Positions 62,908 to 64,000 of a stretch of DNA of 64,000 nt are shown here, piece by piece. The stretch covers positions 62,001-126,000 of IMG/VR virus record IMGVR_UViG_3300028393_000019. One strand, 5' to 3'. Positions within the stretch are counted from its first letter, which is position 1. Each line of letters opens with the position of its first letter. The notes beneath the pieces were generated by a model that was given only the letters and a program-made list of their open reading frames with translations, did not search any database and had not been told where the DNA came from. The translations under genes and the position numbers were made by a program.

Positions 62908-63111
62908 ATGAGAGCCGCAGAATTCCTAAGAGGGTTAGCAGATATGATCGATGCAATGGATAGTAAATCCAGCAACGATAGTGTCGACGCAGAACAAAAA
63001 GACCTAAACCCTATAATGGTACCACCATTGCAACAGCATATCGAACTGGCCAAAGCCGGACAGGGCAAGGACAGCGAAGTAATTCAAAAACTCACTCGCA
63101 GTGAGCACTAA
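62908..63111 (+). CDS. Small hypothetical late protein
   Basis: CTAAATA upstream; MRAAEFL; MVPPLQQHIEL.K motif. Confidence 0.75.
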   Translation: MRAAEFLRGLADMIDAMDSKSSNDSVDAEQKDLNPIMVPPLQQHIELAKAGQGKDSEVIQKLTRSEH

Positions 63112-63146
63112 TCAAAGCCGATAAATACTCTAACTAGGGTATTTCG

Positions 63147-63977
63147 ATGGCTTTCGCACAAAAACTATTCACCAGCTTACAGAACTACAACAATCCGGAC
63201 ACTAGGATCGGTGAGCTTAACCGCATTTGGTATGATAGTGTCAATAATGTATTTCGTATACAGTTAGATACTACAACTCCTGGCGGTACTATTATAGGTT
63301 TTAGTGGAGTTACCTATAAAGGTCTATATAACGTAACAACTAACACTCCTGCTATATCAGATGCAACAGGATTGGCAGGCTGGGAATGGACCGTATCAGG
63401 CTCCGGAACTCGTAATTTTGGCAACGGCCCGATAGTTATGCAAGACGGTGACTTGCTAATCCATAATGGATCGCATTATGATTTGATTCCTGGACCAAGA
63501 ACACAACTACAGGCCAACTGGACTGAAACTAATTCAAGTCTTGTATCTTTCATACTTAACAAACCAGTATTGGCCACAGTAGCAACTAGTGGTAGTTATA
63601 CTGATTTAACTAATAAGCCTACTATTCCAGCCGCACAAATACAAAGCGATTGGACACAGGCAACAACTTCAGCACTTGATTATATTAAAAACAAACCTAA
63701 TCTTACTATAAAATCAACTAGACTAGTTACCACTGCTACTTATCTAGCCACTACCAGCGATTACTATATTGGTGTTAACCGAGCAGGCGCAGTTGCTATT
63801 ACACTACCCACGCCTGGCGATGGATATGAACTGGTAATCAAAGACGAAAGCGGTGCGTGTACCACTTATCCAATCAGCATTGTGGGAACTATAGACAATG
63901 ATGCTGGCGGTGCCACACTATCAATTAACAATGGAGCCTTGCATCTAATATATAGATCAGGATGGAGAATAATCTAA
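63147..63977 (+). CDS. Tail fibre-like protein
   Basis: GATAAATA upstream; two Q.(N/D)W....(F/Y)I.NKP repeats. Confidence 0.75.
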   Translation: MAFAQKLFTSLQNYNNPDTRIGELNRIWYDSVNNVFRIQLDTTTPGGTIIGFSGVTYKGLYNVTTNTPAISDATGLAGWEWTVSGSGTRNFGNGPIVMQDGDLLIHNGSHYDLIPGPRTQLQANWTETNSSLVSFILNKPVLATVATSGSYTDLTNKPTIPAAQIQSDWTQATTSALDYIKNKPNLTIKSTRLVTTATYLATTSDYYIGVNRAGAVAITLPTPGDGYELVIKDESGACTTYPISIVGTIDNDAGGATLSINNGALHLIYRSGWRII

Positions 63978-64000
63978 TGACATATCTTTTTAACAACAAC
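63977..64000 (+). CDS. Start of next ORF, truncated by window edge
   Basis: ATG overlapping the previous stop; MTYLFNNN. Confidence 0.5.

Noticed and set aside
1-64000. Stop-codon reassignment
   Set aside because: Long conserved genes are intact and tightly packed under the standard code.

Overview
This 64-kb window is part of a large T4-related (myovirus-type) dsDNA phage genome in the standard genetic code. No database searches were possible, so all calls rest on motifs recognised by eye. Layout: (i) 1-18.6 kb, plus strand: C-terminal part of the large terminase, then a T4-like replication/recombination block (gp32 SSB, UvsX, UvsY, UvsW, primase, gp41-like helicase). It also carries a 2OG-Fe(II) oxygenase, a NodU-type carbamoyltransferase and a 193-aa minimal DnaE-like polymerase core. 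(ii) 18.6-37.3 kb, plus strand: late/virion genes preceded by TAAATA motifs, including a duplicated two-gene fibre cassette (2305 aa and 1439 aa paralogues) and putative internal head proteins. (iii) 37.3-57.9 kb, minus strand: an early/accessory island of about 60 small ORFs, many near-consensus sigma70 promoters, one tRNA(CAU) and a repeat-rich non-coding stretch. (iv) 58-64 kb, plus strand: nuclease-like gene, HldD-like epimerase, cell-wall hydrolases, YqgE, HNH, YbaN and a fibre gene. The most striking unexplained structure is a candidate RNA regulatory system. Ten early genes share an extended ribosome-binding site AGGAGCG (seven with GGAGCGAA). The non-coding RNA downstream of the AAA ATPase gene (38544-38695, minus strand) folds into hairpins, two of which display the complementary sequence AUUCGCUCC in their loops, one being the terminator loop. 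A third complementary copy lies at 43159-43174. This suggests a phage antisense sRNA that shuts off early translation; this is inference and needs testing.
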